Positions 22,376-35,200 of a stretch of DNA of 64,000 bases are shown piece after piece. Positions within the stretch are counted from its first letter, which is position 1; the number at the start of each line of letters is the position of its first letter. A model generated the notes under the pieces. The model saw nothing but the letters and a program-made list of their open reading frames with translations, was not told the origin of the DNA and made no database searches. Source of the DNA: Amoebophrya sp. A120. Lineage: Eukaryota; Protista; Dinoflagellata. A program made the translations under genes and the position numbers. The DNA lies in contig CAJINV010000001.1 of the NCBI GenBank assembly GCA_905178155.1, forward strand, positions 5,985,860-6,049,859, in the 5' to 3' direction.

Positions 22376-25300
22376 ATGTCGAAGGTTATTCGCTTTTTCT
22401 TTTTCCCCACGGCGCCGGTGTTCCGCGAGCTGCAGAAGTGGTCCAGGAGTTGCGTCGATGTTGTCGGCACAGCGCAGGCGTACACCCTTACAACGAAGCG
22501 GCGAGAAAAATTGCGAACGGTTCTGCCCGCGCGCCGCGCTCGGAACAGAGTTTTGATGACGATGGACAGGCAGCGCCGCCCGGCTCGGGAGACAAAGGCT
22601 GAGGGGCGACGAGCACGAGTTCATCATCGACGAGCCGATACCATTGTCAAGAATTCCCCGCCCTTGAAAAGACACCACGCTAGCAGTTCGTTCGTGGACG
22701 CGCGGAAAAATCATCAGGGCGACGATAGTCAAGGACAACAAGGAGGTGGATGGAGTACGGCGGCAGAAGTGTTGAACCATGTGGAGGCGGCGCTGCGAAA
22801 TCTAGAAGCGAAGGTGCAGGAGATCGCGACCGTTTGTAAGAAGGACACGGCGAGCCACGCGTTACTGGATGTGTCCGGTAATATGGCCCATCTGGGGGTG
22901 TGCACGGACGACAGCCAGTGCTTGCAGCGGGACGGCCCCGGGGCGCTTACTAAAGTCGATTATACACGCGTTGGAGCGGCTGTCGGCGAGACGGGGAGCG
23001 GTGCGCAGCAAACAGCCGATGTGGACGTAGAGCTGTGCATTCGCAACGGCGTTGCCCAGTTATTTCTCAACCAAACCGGGTCGCACCTGCGGGCGGAACC
23101 GCCGGTCGTCACCGACCCGGCCAGCGGGGAGGGGTACTACGAGCGAACGGAGGGCTTTGCTACGTTCGTTGTCGAGAGAGTCCCGGGAACAAGCGATATC
23201 TCGGTTCAAAAGCAGGCCGCAGACCGGCGGATCATCGTGCAGTGGCCGCATCAACACAGTCGCGCCGAGAAACTGAATGTTGCCGCCGATGGAAATGCGC
23301 AGATGGTCGAGAATCCGCTACTGACGCATGAATCCAAGACCGTAAACGCCCCCTGGTACGTGCGCACGCTCACGGGCGGTGTGCAGAAGAACGTTCTCAT
23401 TGCACTGGACCGCTCACAATCTATGGATGTTCCCCCAAAGAAGCTGCCTGGTGCCAGGCGAGCTGCCATTCAGATCCTGGATAGCCTCGCGGTGACGGAC
23501 ACTTTCTTTGTGATGTCATACCAGCATCCCGTACAGTTTTCGGCGTTCGAATTTGTCCATACGACGGACTCCCACAAGGAGAGCGCCACTGAGTGGCTTA
23601 ATAACATTTACGCTGCCGGTGGATCGACAACCCGTCCGGACGCCGAGTTTGGGTTGGGTACGGCCCTGGTCGTGGGCAGTCTCGGCGTTGTGCCAGAACC
23701 ATGGCGGGACAAGATCACCAGCACAGTGCCCGCAGACGAGAGACCTGCGCAACTTCCGGCCGTCACGGATCCACCAGATTGCCCGTTCGCTGCTAGTCAG
23801 GGTTGCGAGAAGACGGTGCTCGTGATGATGTCGGACGCTCCCCTAAAACAGGGCCAGGAAGATGCAGAAAAGGGACAGTGGCTAAAGGCTGTTCGAACGC
23901 TTCTCGATGCGGATGCGGCGCAGTCACAGGGCATCTATTCGTCATCTAGTGGGGACGGTGGCAGTGGTTCAACACCAGAGCCGGCGGTGCTCGTCAATGT
24001 GTATGCACTCAAAAACCCGTTCGAGTTCTTTGGAACGCCACCGCAGGGCCCGTCGCTAACGCCCTATTACGAAACACTGGCCGGCAAGTTTGGCGGTGAA
24101 GCAATGGCAATGGATGACAGTCAGGACATGATGGCAACAATGTCGCGATACTGGCGCTCATTGGTCCAGGGCGCGAGCGACGCGAGCGGCTCCCGGAGTG
24201 TCGTCTGGACTTGGAATGATGTAGCCACCACGGAAGATGCGACGGGTAGGAGTGAGCTCACAGCCTGCCGTCGCATTGATTTCAACACTGGCAACAACGA
24301 CTTGCAGGGTGTTATGTGTGTGGAACCCAGCGCAGTGCTGCCTCTGACCCTCAACGAGCTGCAGTGCCTCCCGAGGTTTTTGGAAGAAATGCACACTCGG
24401 CTACGGTCGACGAACTGCAGTGTGGAAAACAAAGCAAAATGCCGCGCGGAGGCAGTGGTGTGCGCAGCTGCAGGATGGACTCCATGCGACTGCGACAACA
24501 CCGTACAACTTCGAGTACAACAGCGTACAAAACTACGAGAACAATGGTGGTTACATAGGGACAGTAGCGACTGCAGAGACCCTTTTCGAGGTAATGAAGA
24601 AGGCGATTACTGCAGTACCGGAATCCGAACAAAAAATCACGACCGAGAAGCGCAAGTCAAACCACCCCCACCCGCAATTGTATCGGATACAAGACCCACT
24701 GGATGCCGAGCTGAAGGCTTTGGCCTGCTACTCAAGCCCCGTGCCGTCGCCGGATAGCACACCAGGACCCGGAGGCCTGACCACGGGGAGCCCGCCAGGG
24801 CCGACACCCGGGCCTGCTCCGGGGCCGAGCCCCAGTACTACCCCTGGGCCGAGCCCGGGATCGCCCGGGCCGGGGCCGAGCACAACCGAAACCCCGCCGG
24901 GAGGCCCCGGAAGCCCGTCTGGCACCGATCCTCCAGGGAACCTCGGGCCAGAAGTGGTTTTTTCGGACACAAACACGACTAGCGCTCCCGGATCGAATAG
25001 CACCACCGTGCCGCCCGCGCATGACCGTGCCCCGCCTGACGATGTCGCGAAGACGGGCTTGCTTGCGCCCGCGGCGGGTACTGGTCTGGCGCTGTTGTTG
25101 CTGGCAGCTTTGCTACTCGTTTTTTCCGCCCGCGGTGCTTCTGCGGTGCCCGGGGTAGCGGAGGACGAGGGCGACGACCGGTGGCTGGGCGCGGATGTCC
25201 AGGACCCACTACCGTGGGGCCCCACCGAAGAGGCGCTGCTTTCCATCGGGCTGACTCCGCATTACGCCGCCCAGGTGCTGGCGCAACTCACTGCAGAGGG

Positions 25301-28268
25301 CCCTTCGGGGCCGGGAAATGCAACAGAGAAGGCCGTGGCGGCGCAGCTGCAGACCGGCCTCGCGAAACCGTCCGACGCAAAGGACCTGCGGACGATGCGG
25401 CAGCTCGGGGTGGACTTCGGCTCCCCGGAGCTCGCAACCGTCGGGTTTGCACAGAACCTGGTTCGCAAGGGGATGGCACGGACGAAAAAGACCGGGGTGG
25501 ACCTGCCATTGGCTCTGTTCACGTACCAGCGCGATGTCGAAGCCGCGGAACGGGCCCTCGTCACCGCGGGAATGACCCCGCGGGCAGGGAAGCATTTGGC
25601 GCAGCAGATCGCCGGGCCCGTCGCAGGCCACGCGCCGTTGAAGCTGCCGGAAACCGACGAGGACCTGCAGGTGCTGCGGGACCTAGGAATCGATGCCGCA
25701 GCGGACGGCGGTCCGCTTACTGCCGGGGCCACCCGGAGTGTGATAAGAAAGGCTTTCAAGAGAAGACGACCCGAGCAGCAGAATGTGGCGTTGCTGACCA
25801 CCGCGGCCGCCTGTCCGGATTTTGGCACTGCGGAAACAGCACTGCTTGCGTTGGGCCTTTCCGCCGCGGGGGCTTCGGAAGTGGCGCGGCAGATCGGCGG
25901 GAAAGGGGAGGAGGCCGACCGATTTGAATTTCCCACCGCGGGCGCGGATCGCCGGATCCTGGAGAAGGAGGGTGTGCTCGAGAGCACAAGCGCCAGCGGC
26001 CCCGGTGCTCTCAGCGCAGCGGCCGTGCAGGCCTCGTTGCAAAAGGCCGCGAAAAAGAAGAAGGCGCCAAAGCCGCTCAAGGCGCTCGCGGCCACTACCC
26101 CGGAGACGTGGACGCCCGGTGCGGTCGAGACGGCTTTGCGCGCAGCGGGGTTGAGTCCCGCAGGAGCACGGACGCTGGCCGGCGAGATCGCAGGAAACGT
26201 CACTGGACCTGGTTTGGTGAAGCCGCCTGCAACGGATGCCGACTTGCGCGCAATGCAGGCTTTGGGAGTGACTTTTCAGTCTGGTAGGGAGTCCGCGTTG
26301 AGTGTGGCAACGGTTCGGCAGATGCTTGGTAAAGTCCCGAGCCGGAGCAAAAAACGGCAACTTCACCAAGGACCCCCGGTCGCGGCGGTGGCAACGGCCC
26401 CCGGACCCGATTTCGGCGCCACCGAGGAGGCGATGTTGGGCGCCGGATTTTCCCGTCCGTACGCCGCCCGGGTGGCGCGCTGTGTCGCCGGTTTCGCCGC
26501 CGACGAGACTGCGCTGACGCGCGCAGAAACGGAGCACGACATCCGGCTATGGGAGGACGTCGGGTTTGACAGCGGCAGGCCGATTACTGCAGGGCACGTG
26601 CGACACCTCCTTTTTCCGGCGGCGCCCCGCGCCGACCGGGGATCCGCCTTCGGCCACGGACCCGCCGTGCTGAGCACCCTGCTGTTTGCCGTGAACGAAG
26701 CGGAGCACGCGTTGCTGCAAGCGGGTTTCTCCCCGGCGTTCGCCAAGAAGGCCGCGGAGAATGCGAGCGACCCGTCCCTGGAGTATACCGCGACCGTGCA
26801 GTGCCCCGTGGCCGCTGCCGACGAAATCGCCCTGCGGACCATGGCCACTCTGACTGCCGAGCGCGTCGGCGGCGGCGAGGATGGCACATTATCCGTTGCG
26901 CAGTTGCGCGGCGCCGTCCGGCGGGCGGTGGTCCGGCAGCAGAGCCGCGAGGATCCGGAGCTGGCGGCCGTCTGGGCCGACCGGGGCCTGAGCCCGCGCG
27001 AGGTTGAGCAGGCCTTTCTCTCGGCCGGCGTCACGCCTGCCTACGCCAGGAGGCTCGGACGGCAGGTCGGAACGAAAGCGGTGCCCGGCGATTCCCGCCT
27101 TGTGGAGCCCGGCGACGCGCGGGACAAGCAGATCTTGAGCACCATCGGCCTGGATTTCGCATTGCCCGAGTCCGTGGCCCGGGTTCGGGGGTTTTTCTTA
27201 GCCGTGGAAGCCGCAGCGCCGTCGAAAGACGGGCAGACCCGCGTGGACGTCTCCGTCTTGTCGCAGCCCTCGTTCGGCAACGCGGAACAGGCGGCGACGC
27301 TCGGCGGTTTCACCAAGGCCATGCCTGCGCGCACACGGCACCACGCCCCTGCGCGGCCCAAGATGCTCTGTCTCCAGGACGTGTTGGACCACGACATCGC
27401 CGAGGCGCAGGAACCCGCCTGCGCCTGTTGCAGTTGTTGCGGGGCGGCGGGCGCCGGCGGCGGGAAGACGGCCGACCCGGAGGACGACAGCACGTCGTTC
27501 ACGCACGACGGCAGTGCAGCTCCCGCGGGCACCAGAGACCAGAACGACGCTAGCAAACCCGCAATTATGGCGACGGGTGGCGGGGCTGGTTATTCGGTAG
27601 CAGGTGCGAAGCGTGGCGCGGGGGCGAAGAAGAAGGCTGCGTCGAGCCACAAGAGACTGAGCAAAGGCGGCCGGCGCGACGGCGCCTCGAAAGGCGGGTC
27701 AACGACGTCCTCGGCCGCGTCATCCAGCTCCTCCTCGCGCTCTTCGGAGAAGGACGCGAGTCACCTCAGTCACCGAAGGACCGCAAAGAAATCGCAGGCG
27801 CGCGGCACAACTAGCAGTAAGCAATCGACCGCTAGTGCAGCGCACGCACGGTCGCCGGAACAGGAGGCGCAACTGAACGCTTTGGCGGCCGCGGCAGCCA
27901 AGGCCCTGGAAGAGGTCGGCTTTCCCGCCGCCCGGGCGAAGCTCTTGGCGCAGCGAGTCGCGCAAACCGACACGGCGGACCTGAGCGATCTGGCCCTGGA
28001 CCCCGAGGATCAGGCGATCGCGGAAGCGGGGCTCGGTGGGAAAAAGATCCGCGACCTGCACGACCTTGTGGACGCACTCGTGGAGCAAAAGAAGGACTTT
28101 TTCGACGAGGTGGCACCACCGGAGATGGCGGAAGATGAGGCGGAGGACCAGCAGGCCATGTTGTTGCACAACACCGGCGGACCACAGCCTCTGTCCATTC
28201 TTCAGACCCGCTATCATCACCATGTGGTCCGCAAGAAAAAGCCTGCACATCTTCTAACAAAAAAGTAA
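22376..28268 (+). CDS. Cache-VWA (alpha2delta/CACHD1-like) single-pass membrane protein, array copy 1; intronless, frameshifted near 24428
   Basis: APWYVRTLTGGVQKNVLIALDRSQSM (PWY plus MIDAS DxSxS), MSRYWRSL...VVWT...LTAC...GVMCVEP, a Pro/Gly/Thr stalk, a TM segment LALLLLAALLLVF and cytoplasmic helical repeats. Two overlapping ORFs: 22376-24757 and 24420-28268. Confidence 0.8.
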
Positions 28269-29295
28269 AAGTAGCTCTACTCATGATCTTCGCTGGTCTG
28301 TCAGTCTGATCGAATTATGTCAGCTTCCCTCATTTCTGATAATCTAGGTAAGTACTTAACTATTTCTACTCTTTTTTCGCTATTTGTGACAAGTTGTAAA
28401 CGTTGGAGCGATTGCAGTGCATATAACAAGCAAATGGCGTGGCATAAGCAAGCAGTTATGTTCTTTTTCGACTCACTCTCAATCTCACGTGCGAGCTTCT
28501 GCTTCTTGATTTGTTCTGGAGTTCGTTGTCATCCCGTTCGATAGGAACGAACGTGCGTCGTGCGAGTTCTCGACTAGGCTTCAAGTTTCTGTGTCTTGCG
28601 TGGTGCAGCTCTTCTGCACCGTTCTTGAATCATGATAAAGAGATTGGTTGAATTTGCACCAGCACCCGGCCGACGAACTGTATGTCGTTTCCATATCGTT
28701 TGTATCCTTTCTGCGGCCCACTGGGGCCTCTCGGCCGACTTTTTAACCACTCGTATCGTCCGTGACAAAAAAAATCGTCCTTCATCCCACATGTCGTCTG
28801 GTCGGAGCACTCTTTCTCGTACATTTTCCGCATTTCGTCCATCCAGCGTCTTCCTCTTCGTCGCTTTTCGTTTTTTTTGCCCCGCGTCGCAACACATAAT
28901 TCCACAGAATTACAACTAGTAATTTTGTCCTCAACTCCATCGAACAGGCTAATAACCCTGTTTTTTAATGTGTGGTTGTATCGGCATTGGAGTTGGAGTT
29001 GAACAAAGAAAAATAAAAGATGTCCCCAGAGAAGCAGCATTCTAAAAAACCCCGACCTTCCCGTTTTCGTTTTCACTAGCCGTACCTCGTTGATTGATTA
29101 TTTCGTCGAGATATTTATTCAACATCAACACAGACTCCCCCGAGGAGCGATGCGAGCCCGAGGATCAGATGTATAGCTGGACGAGCGTGTAGAAGTATAG
29201 TAACGGACGCGACGCCGGCACAGGCAACACTAGACACGGGAAAACGACGAGAACGACCCCTGCGTGGTGCCGGCCTCGCAGCTCGGTTGGTGACC

Positions 29296-32200
29296 ATGCC
29301 GAAGGGAGAATCACGAATCTCAATCTCCGACACGAGCGGCGTGGTGCGCGGATCCGGTTCTGGCCGCGGGAAAGATGGTAAGTACGCCGCTCGCGGCGCT
29401 GCCAGTGCGCTGCTGCTGCAACTGGCGGGCCCGTCCATCGTTTTCCACCAGTTGTACCAGGAGGAAGGGCTCGTATGGGGATACACGCTAAAGAAGAAAC
29501 TCTCTCGCCGGAACCTGTCGTCGTCTTCCACGGCACAAACCCGTACACAACTTTTTCCCAGCAAGAGTGGCCGCCGCGGGGCCGGAAGAACGGGTCTCAT
29601 CCACCGAGCGCGTGGTGCGAAGAAGCAAGTTCCGCTGGCCGTGACCGGCGACAAGAGAGCCAGGAGCGTGGAACTGGTGTCGGTATCGAAGCGCATTCCG
29701 GGGTTGCCAAGGCAATCTTGTCAAGCGAATCATGCATATAGTAAAACCTTGCGTGAGTGGGGACGTTCCCCCGCAAAGCCACCTTAGAAACGAAGGCATC
29801 AGCTCTTGCATTTTTTTTGTTAGTGTCTGGGTCTGCTCATATTCTTGTTCATATGAATGATGATATGGACATTTCGCCATTGCGTTTGCTGTTGTGACTG
29901 AGATTGTCTTGGCTTCTCAAGATTTTGGCAGAATAAGTATCCTTGCACACCGCTGATGAGCTAGAGTTTCGCGTGCCAGCGGACGAAGCGACCGAAGATT
30001 CACGCGTCCTACAACAAGATCGGCTGGTTAGGAAGACGTCCCGAGATGTAGGCAATCGTGCAGTTCCCGAAGGCCCGTCTGACGGGTCGCCTTTCGCATT
30101 CCTGGAGCAGCAAAGAGAATTGCGAAAAAAGGAAACAAAGAATAAAAACAGGAGCAAAAGCAAGGAAACAAATAGCGGCACTGAAGACCACACCGATGCG
30201 CAAACGGTGGACGCTTTCCTTCGTGGGACCGAAGAGAAGCTGAAGAGACTGCGGGATGAAATCGTGGGACGAGCAGGAACTTGTCGTGATAGTGATTCGC
30301 TGGAATTTACTGATGTGACAGCGGACAAGCTCGGAGAGATGGGTCACCAGGATTGCGATTCGGATTGCATCACTTTTGACCATCTGCCGGCCTCACCCCC
30401 CTCGGTAGATTACGGCAAGGTCAGCGTGCGTCATCCGACGAGTACCAGTGGTGATTCTCTCGCGAAGAATCTCTGTCTAGAGCGGGCGATCGCAGGCCTC
30501 TTTCTAGAGGAATCGGAGAAAACTGGGGAGTCGCAAGCGAGTGCGAGTAAGCTGTTGCGTTCTCCAATCATAGACGCAGCATCCGACGACGCCGATTTGG
30601 GGTTTGCGTCCGTGGTGCTGGAGCCCGCAACCCTTGAGCCTGAGTCTTCAGTTATGGTTCGCTGGCCCCACACGACCACCGAAAATCTGTCTCTGACTAC
30701 TCTCCCGTCGTATGTACGGACACTTACGGGTGGTGTTACGAAAAATGTGTTGCTTGCTCTCGATCGGTCGGGATCTATGGCCGACCACACATCTGATGGA
30801 GTCGATTTACCAAACGTCTGGCCTGTGGCGGTAGCAGCCGCCAAGGCGGTGCTTGGAGTTCTCGATGTATCTGACCGGTTTTTAGTAACGACGTTTCAGC
30901 ACCCAGTGCAATTTTCTGCGTACGAATTTGTCCAGGCGAGTGCGCAGAACGTGCAACTGGTCGAGGATTGGGTATCCAACAGAAGGCTACTGGCATCTCT
31001 CTCCAGATTCCATTCAAATTTGCATTGATCGGTATATATAAATGAAAATGAAAATCTATGTATATCAATTATGATTTGAGCATTTTATTTTCTCATTCTC
31101 ATGGAGATGGATTGCGATTGCAACGTCTGACTCTGAAGCTGTACCTATGTTCAATTTCTCAGGCGTTGTAGCGTCATAAGTACACAACCATGAATACCCA
31201 CATAATTGCAAGTGTGCAGGCACAGACTTGTGTGTTGCATACGGTTTCGGAAGATGCCTTTATCTGACCTGCATAGTGCTTGAACGACATAGTACCTGCG
31301 GATGGGGCACTGTACAGGAAAGACACGGACGAGGCTGAACGAGATTTCGACGAGCGTCCGGACATGGAATTTGGCATCGGCACTGGACTGATCACCGGCA
31401 CACTCGGCGTCGTTCCGAAAACTTGGCGCGACTACATGAACGATAAACTCACCCCCACAAACGATACTGATACTCCTGTGGAAGACAGATCGCCTATACC
31501 ACCAGAGCCATCGTCGCTTTCTCATGAGTCGGAACAGGTGACTCACGAATGTCGATGGGCTTTTAGCGAAACTTGTGAGAAAACGTTGGTAGTAGTGATG
31601 ACAGACGAGGAGTTTACCGAAAAGCAATATGAGGATCCAGATTACCGAGTCTCAGTAGGAGGAGATGTGGCTGTGGGTCGGGGAGATTGGCTGGCCGAAA
31701 TGCTGCTAGGTGGAAATGGAAACGTGGGTCCATTCGCATATGATCAGGGGGAGGAGCCCGCCGTCCGGTTTAGCCTGTACAGGTTCACCACAGAAGAGAT
31801 TACTTGGAGACAGCCCGCATATCAATGGTAAAATTTTCGTTTTCTATCACAAAGCCATTTTAAGTCAAAAATGGGAAACACATTTTTTTATTTTTGAAAT
31901 ATAGTTGAGGGCCTAGCACCAGGCCGCGGACGATTACATCACGAAGCTGAAATTCAAATTTCTCCTGAAGTCGTGAAGACAGCAACGAAAGTGGATCTTT
32001 AAGCACACCCGGTGTGGCTCACATTTCAAGGATTCACATTCGTCGATGCATCGAACGATCGAACTCAGCGAAATGGTGTTAGTCAGAAGTGGTTTTCCCA
32101 CAAGAAATACTGGAATCAATAGTAGATAGAAGTATGGACGAAAGTCAGTCTAAAATGAGAAGCTGATTGCGTCGCATGTCGTGCAGATCGTTATGCTTGA

Positions 32201-35200
32201 TGCATTTGCCAGGATGTATGCGTCATTGATTGCTCTGCGAAGCGATCAAATGATAAATGATAATCATCCTCATCGGGCGGGTTTTTCAAAACTACAGCTA
32301 CCATTTGATATCTGTTTTTCGATTTTGTTTCTCCTCTTCATTGTGTGTTGACGCTTTTAGAATGGTTGCGAAAACGAAATTTTCCCTTTCATACCTTCGG
32401 CGGTGTCTTCCCCAACATTGCCGCGAAGTTTGATGGCACTACCGAAGCAGTGTCGCGGAACGTACCACAGAATGATCCGCGTGCCTTACCGCAGCGCATG
32501 GGGCAGTATTGGAGGACATTAATGAGCACGGCAGGGGAAGACCAGGAGGCCATTATCTGGTCGGCTTTTCAAGACGAGAGCGAGGGTTATCAGTTGACAG
32601 CCTGTATGACGCTCACGATTCCAACGGGCGGTCAAGAAAGTGAAGAAGAAGACCTGCGTGGCGTTGTATGTCTCGACCCTCGTGCCGCGTTTCCAGTCAG
32701 TCTTGTGCAGCTGCAATGTATGGGTAATGTTGGCGACTTCGACGCGACCGTGCGAGCAAAACTCGACACGGCTTTGTGTAATATGACGGAGCAGAAGGAG
32801 ACACGTTTGAGCTACTGCGAGAAGCTACAAGACGCGTTGAAGTTGAACAGGACAGCAGAGGGCGAGCCGGTAACCACGGAAGTATTGGATTTGTTGACTC
32901 GCTTCCAGGGTATAGAACAACGTGATACTCTTGATGAGGCTATTATGCGGTCTCTGACCGCGATTGAATGCGAGTCTGGAACGTGCGACCATTTACAAAG
33001 AAACACGGCGAAAGCAGAAGATGCACCCACGGGCGCTTCTGACAATTGGACTATGCGCCGTACCATGCATCCGACAGGAACTTTATTCGTGACTGGAGAC
33101 GAGGCTGTCAGCGACACGTTGCCGGAACAAGCTGTATGCAAAAACACTACCGAGCCCGAGCCAGTTCCTGACGTGTGTGTGTGCAACAACGTATCGCAAA
33201 AAGAAAGCAGACCCCCAGCAAGAGAACATTTTTTGGCGGTCAATGTACTGTGCATTCCACGAATACCTCAAAGCATTGATTGAGATACATTAGTCAAATT
33301 GATTCTTTTGCGATCAAAAAAGGGGCAGACGCAGGTCCAGGAGCCGCCCCGAAAAATGATCGCGGGCGAGGTTGCGACGCACTATTTTCTACGCGTCGAG
33401 AAAAACCCGCACAGACGAAGTTCCAGCGATCCTTTTCTGCATGTTGGTCTGGTTGCCCCTTCTGAACGAAGCATATTTTGTGTTGATTGAACAAATTCGT
33501 TGGCTTCCATATGCATTTTGATTTTCCACGCTGCGAGGGACCAAGTCATGTTCTTTTCTGACTGGAAGGGAAACGCTTTTCAACATGACAGAATGGACAG
33601 GTCAACGAGACGGCGAACCTCGTGTCCTGTCCGCTGGGTAACAACAAGCAAAATTGTGTGCTCGATCAGTGTCACGACGGCTACGAAATTCGAATGAACT
33701 GGCCGGACGATGGTGAAGTCGGGTGTTATCCGAGCTGTGGTGGCGCTCAATGTCTCACGCCAGATGGTGACGGCGTGTACCACTGGCGGAACATGGCGAA
33801 GGGGGATAGTGAGTTGTGTGGTCTGGAGAACGCTTCCTCGCCGGTCCTCACCGACGACAAGGCCCTCGTGTTCAACGGTGTCACAGCAGTTCCTGCCGTT
33901 ATCACCGCTTGCCAAGATTCATGCTGCACACAGGGCTGCAAAGCACCCGATGCAGGACAGACGCAGTATTTTGATTTTGTTTTCTTGTCGAGCACCACAG
34001 AAACTACACGCTTATAGCATCCGTCTCAATCAACACCCGAGACCACGGCCGCCTGATCTATGCCATCCCCATGATCCCTATTCTTCTAGGCATAAAACTC
34101 ACATTTACACAATGATAGATAAGTACTAAAAAACCATTACAGGGCCTATAACTTTTCGCTCGTTACGGAGACGGAGTGGAAGCGGTTTCTTACTCTTGAC
34201 GCGATGCTATCCTGCGGAACAGCGCTGGCTTGGAATATTTGCAAATTCAAAAAAGAAACAAGTAAAAGTAGGGGATTGTGGATCCGGAACAGGCGCAATC
34301 CAATCTGAGGAATTGGAAATGTAAAGAAACGTATATATTTGCTGCAGAGATGGTTTAGCCATGTGCTGGAGGTAATCCGAGGTGATTGCAATAAGGACTG
34401 TGGTCAGAAGATGATGTAGTTCGATAAAGCATGTTTCTGTAGGATAGTGCCAGCCCGGTGCGTCGAATGATACCGCGCAATTGGAACAATTGCACAACGC
34501 CAGTTGCAGTATTGGGTACACCGGAGCGCCATTTTTTTACTGCAAGGAATCCGGGATGGAACTACAGAAGGGTGGTTGTGTCGTTCCGCCAGTCACGACC
34601 ATGGCCCCTCCCGTCGGGGGCTGCATTCAGCCGGACGCAGACGCTTTGCCCGGATACGATTTTACCGACGTCGACTGGGCCACTTTTCTCGCACATCCAG
34701 ATATGCAGCCCGGGGCGAACAACACGGAAGACAGCGCAGTGCACGAGAGCAACGCCGTTTGTGCGAAGAATTTCACAGGTACGCCGAAGTTTTGGTGCGT
34801 CGCCACCGGTCAGCCGGTGCAGGTGGCCGGCTGCGTAGTTAGTGAGCATCCTCAACCGACGAGCACAGTGAAACCGACAACGAAAGGCCCGCACGAAATT
34901 AGCACCTATGGAATGCAAACATTGCTGTGGGTCAGGGTTCTGGTTGAAGATACTTACATGCATAAGGAGATGTTTGTATCCGCGCCCTGTTTCTAATTCT
35001 GTCATTTTTGAACGAAGCAGTACTAGTCTAGCAGCCAGCAATTTACTTGTCCAAATGCTAGTACAGACCATGTTGACCACCACGGGTGGCCAAGGGACCA
35101 AACATTTGAGAGGTCCCACGTATCGTGACTCGAATTTCGATCGGGAAATCCGAATCGCAGCACGGCAGCATGACAAAGCACGGGCACTTCTCGTTCTGAT

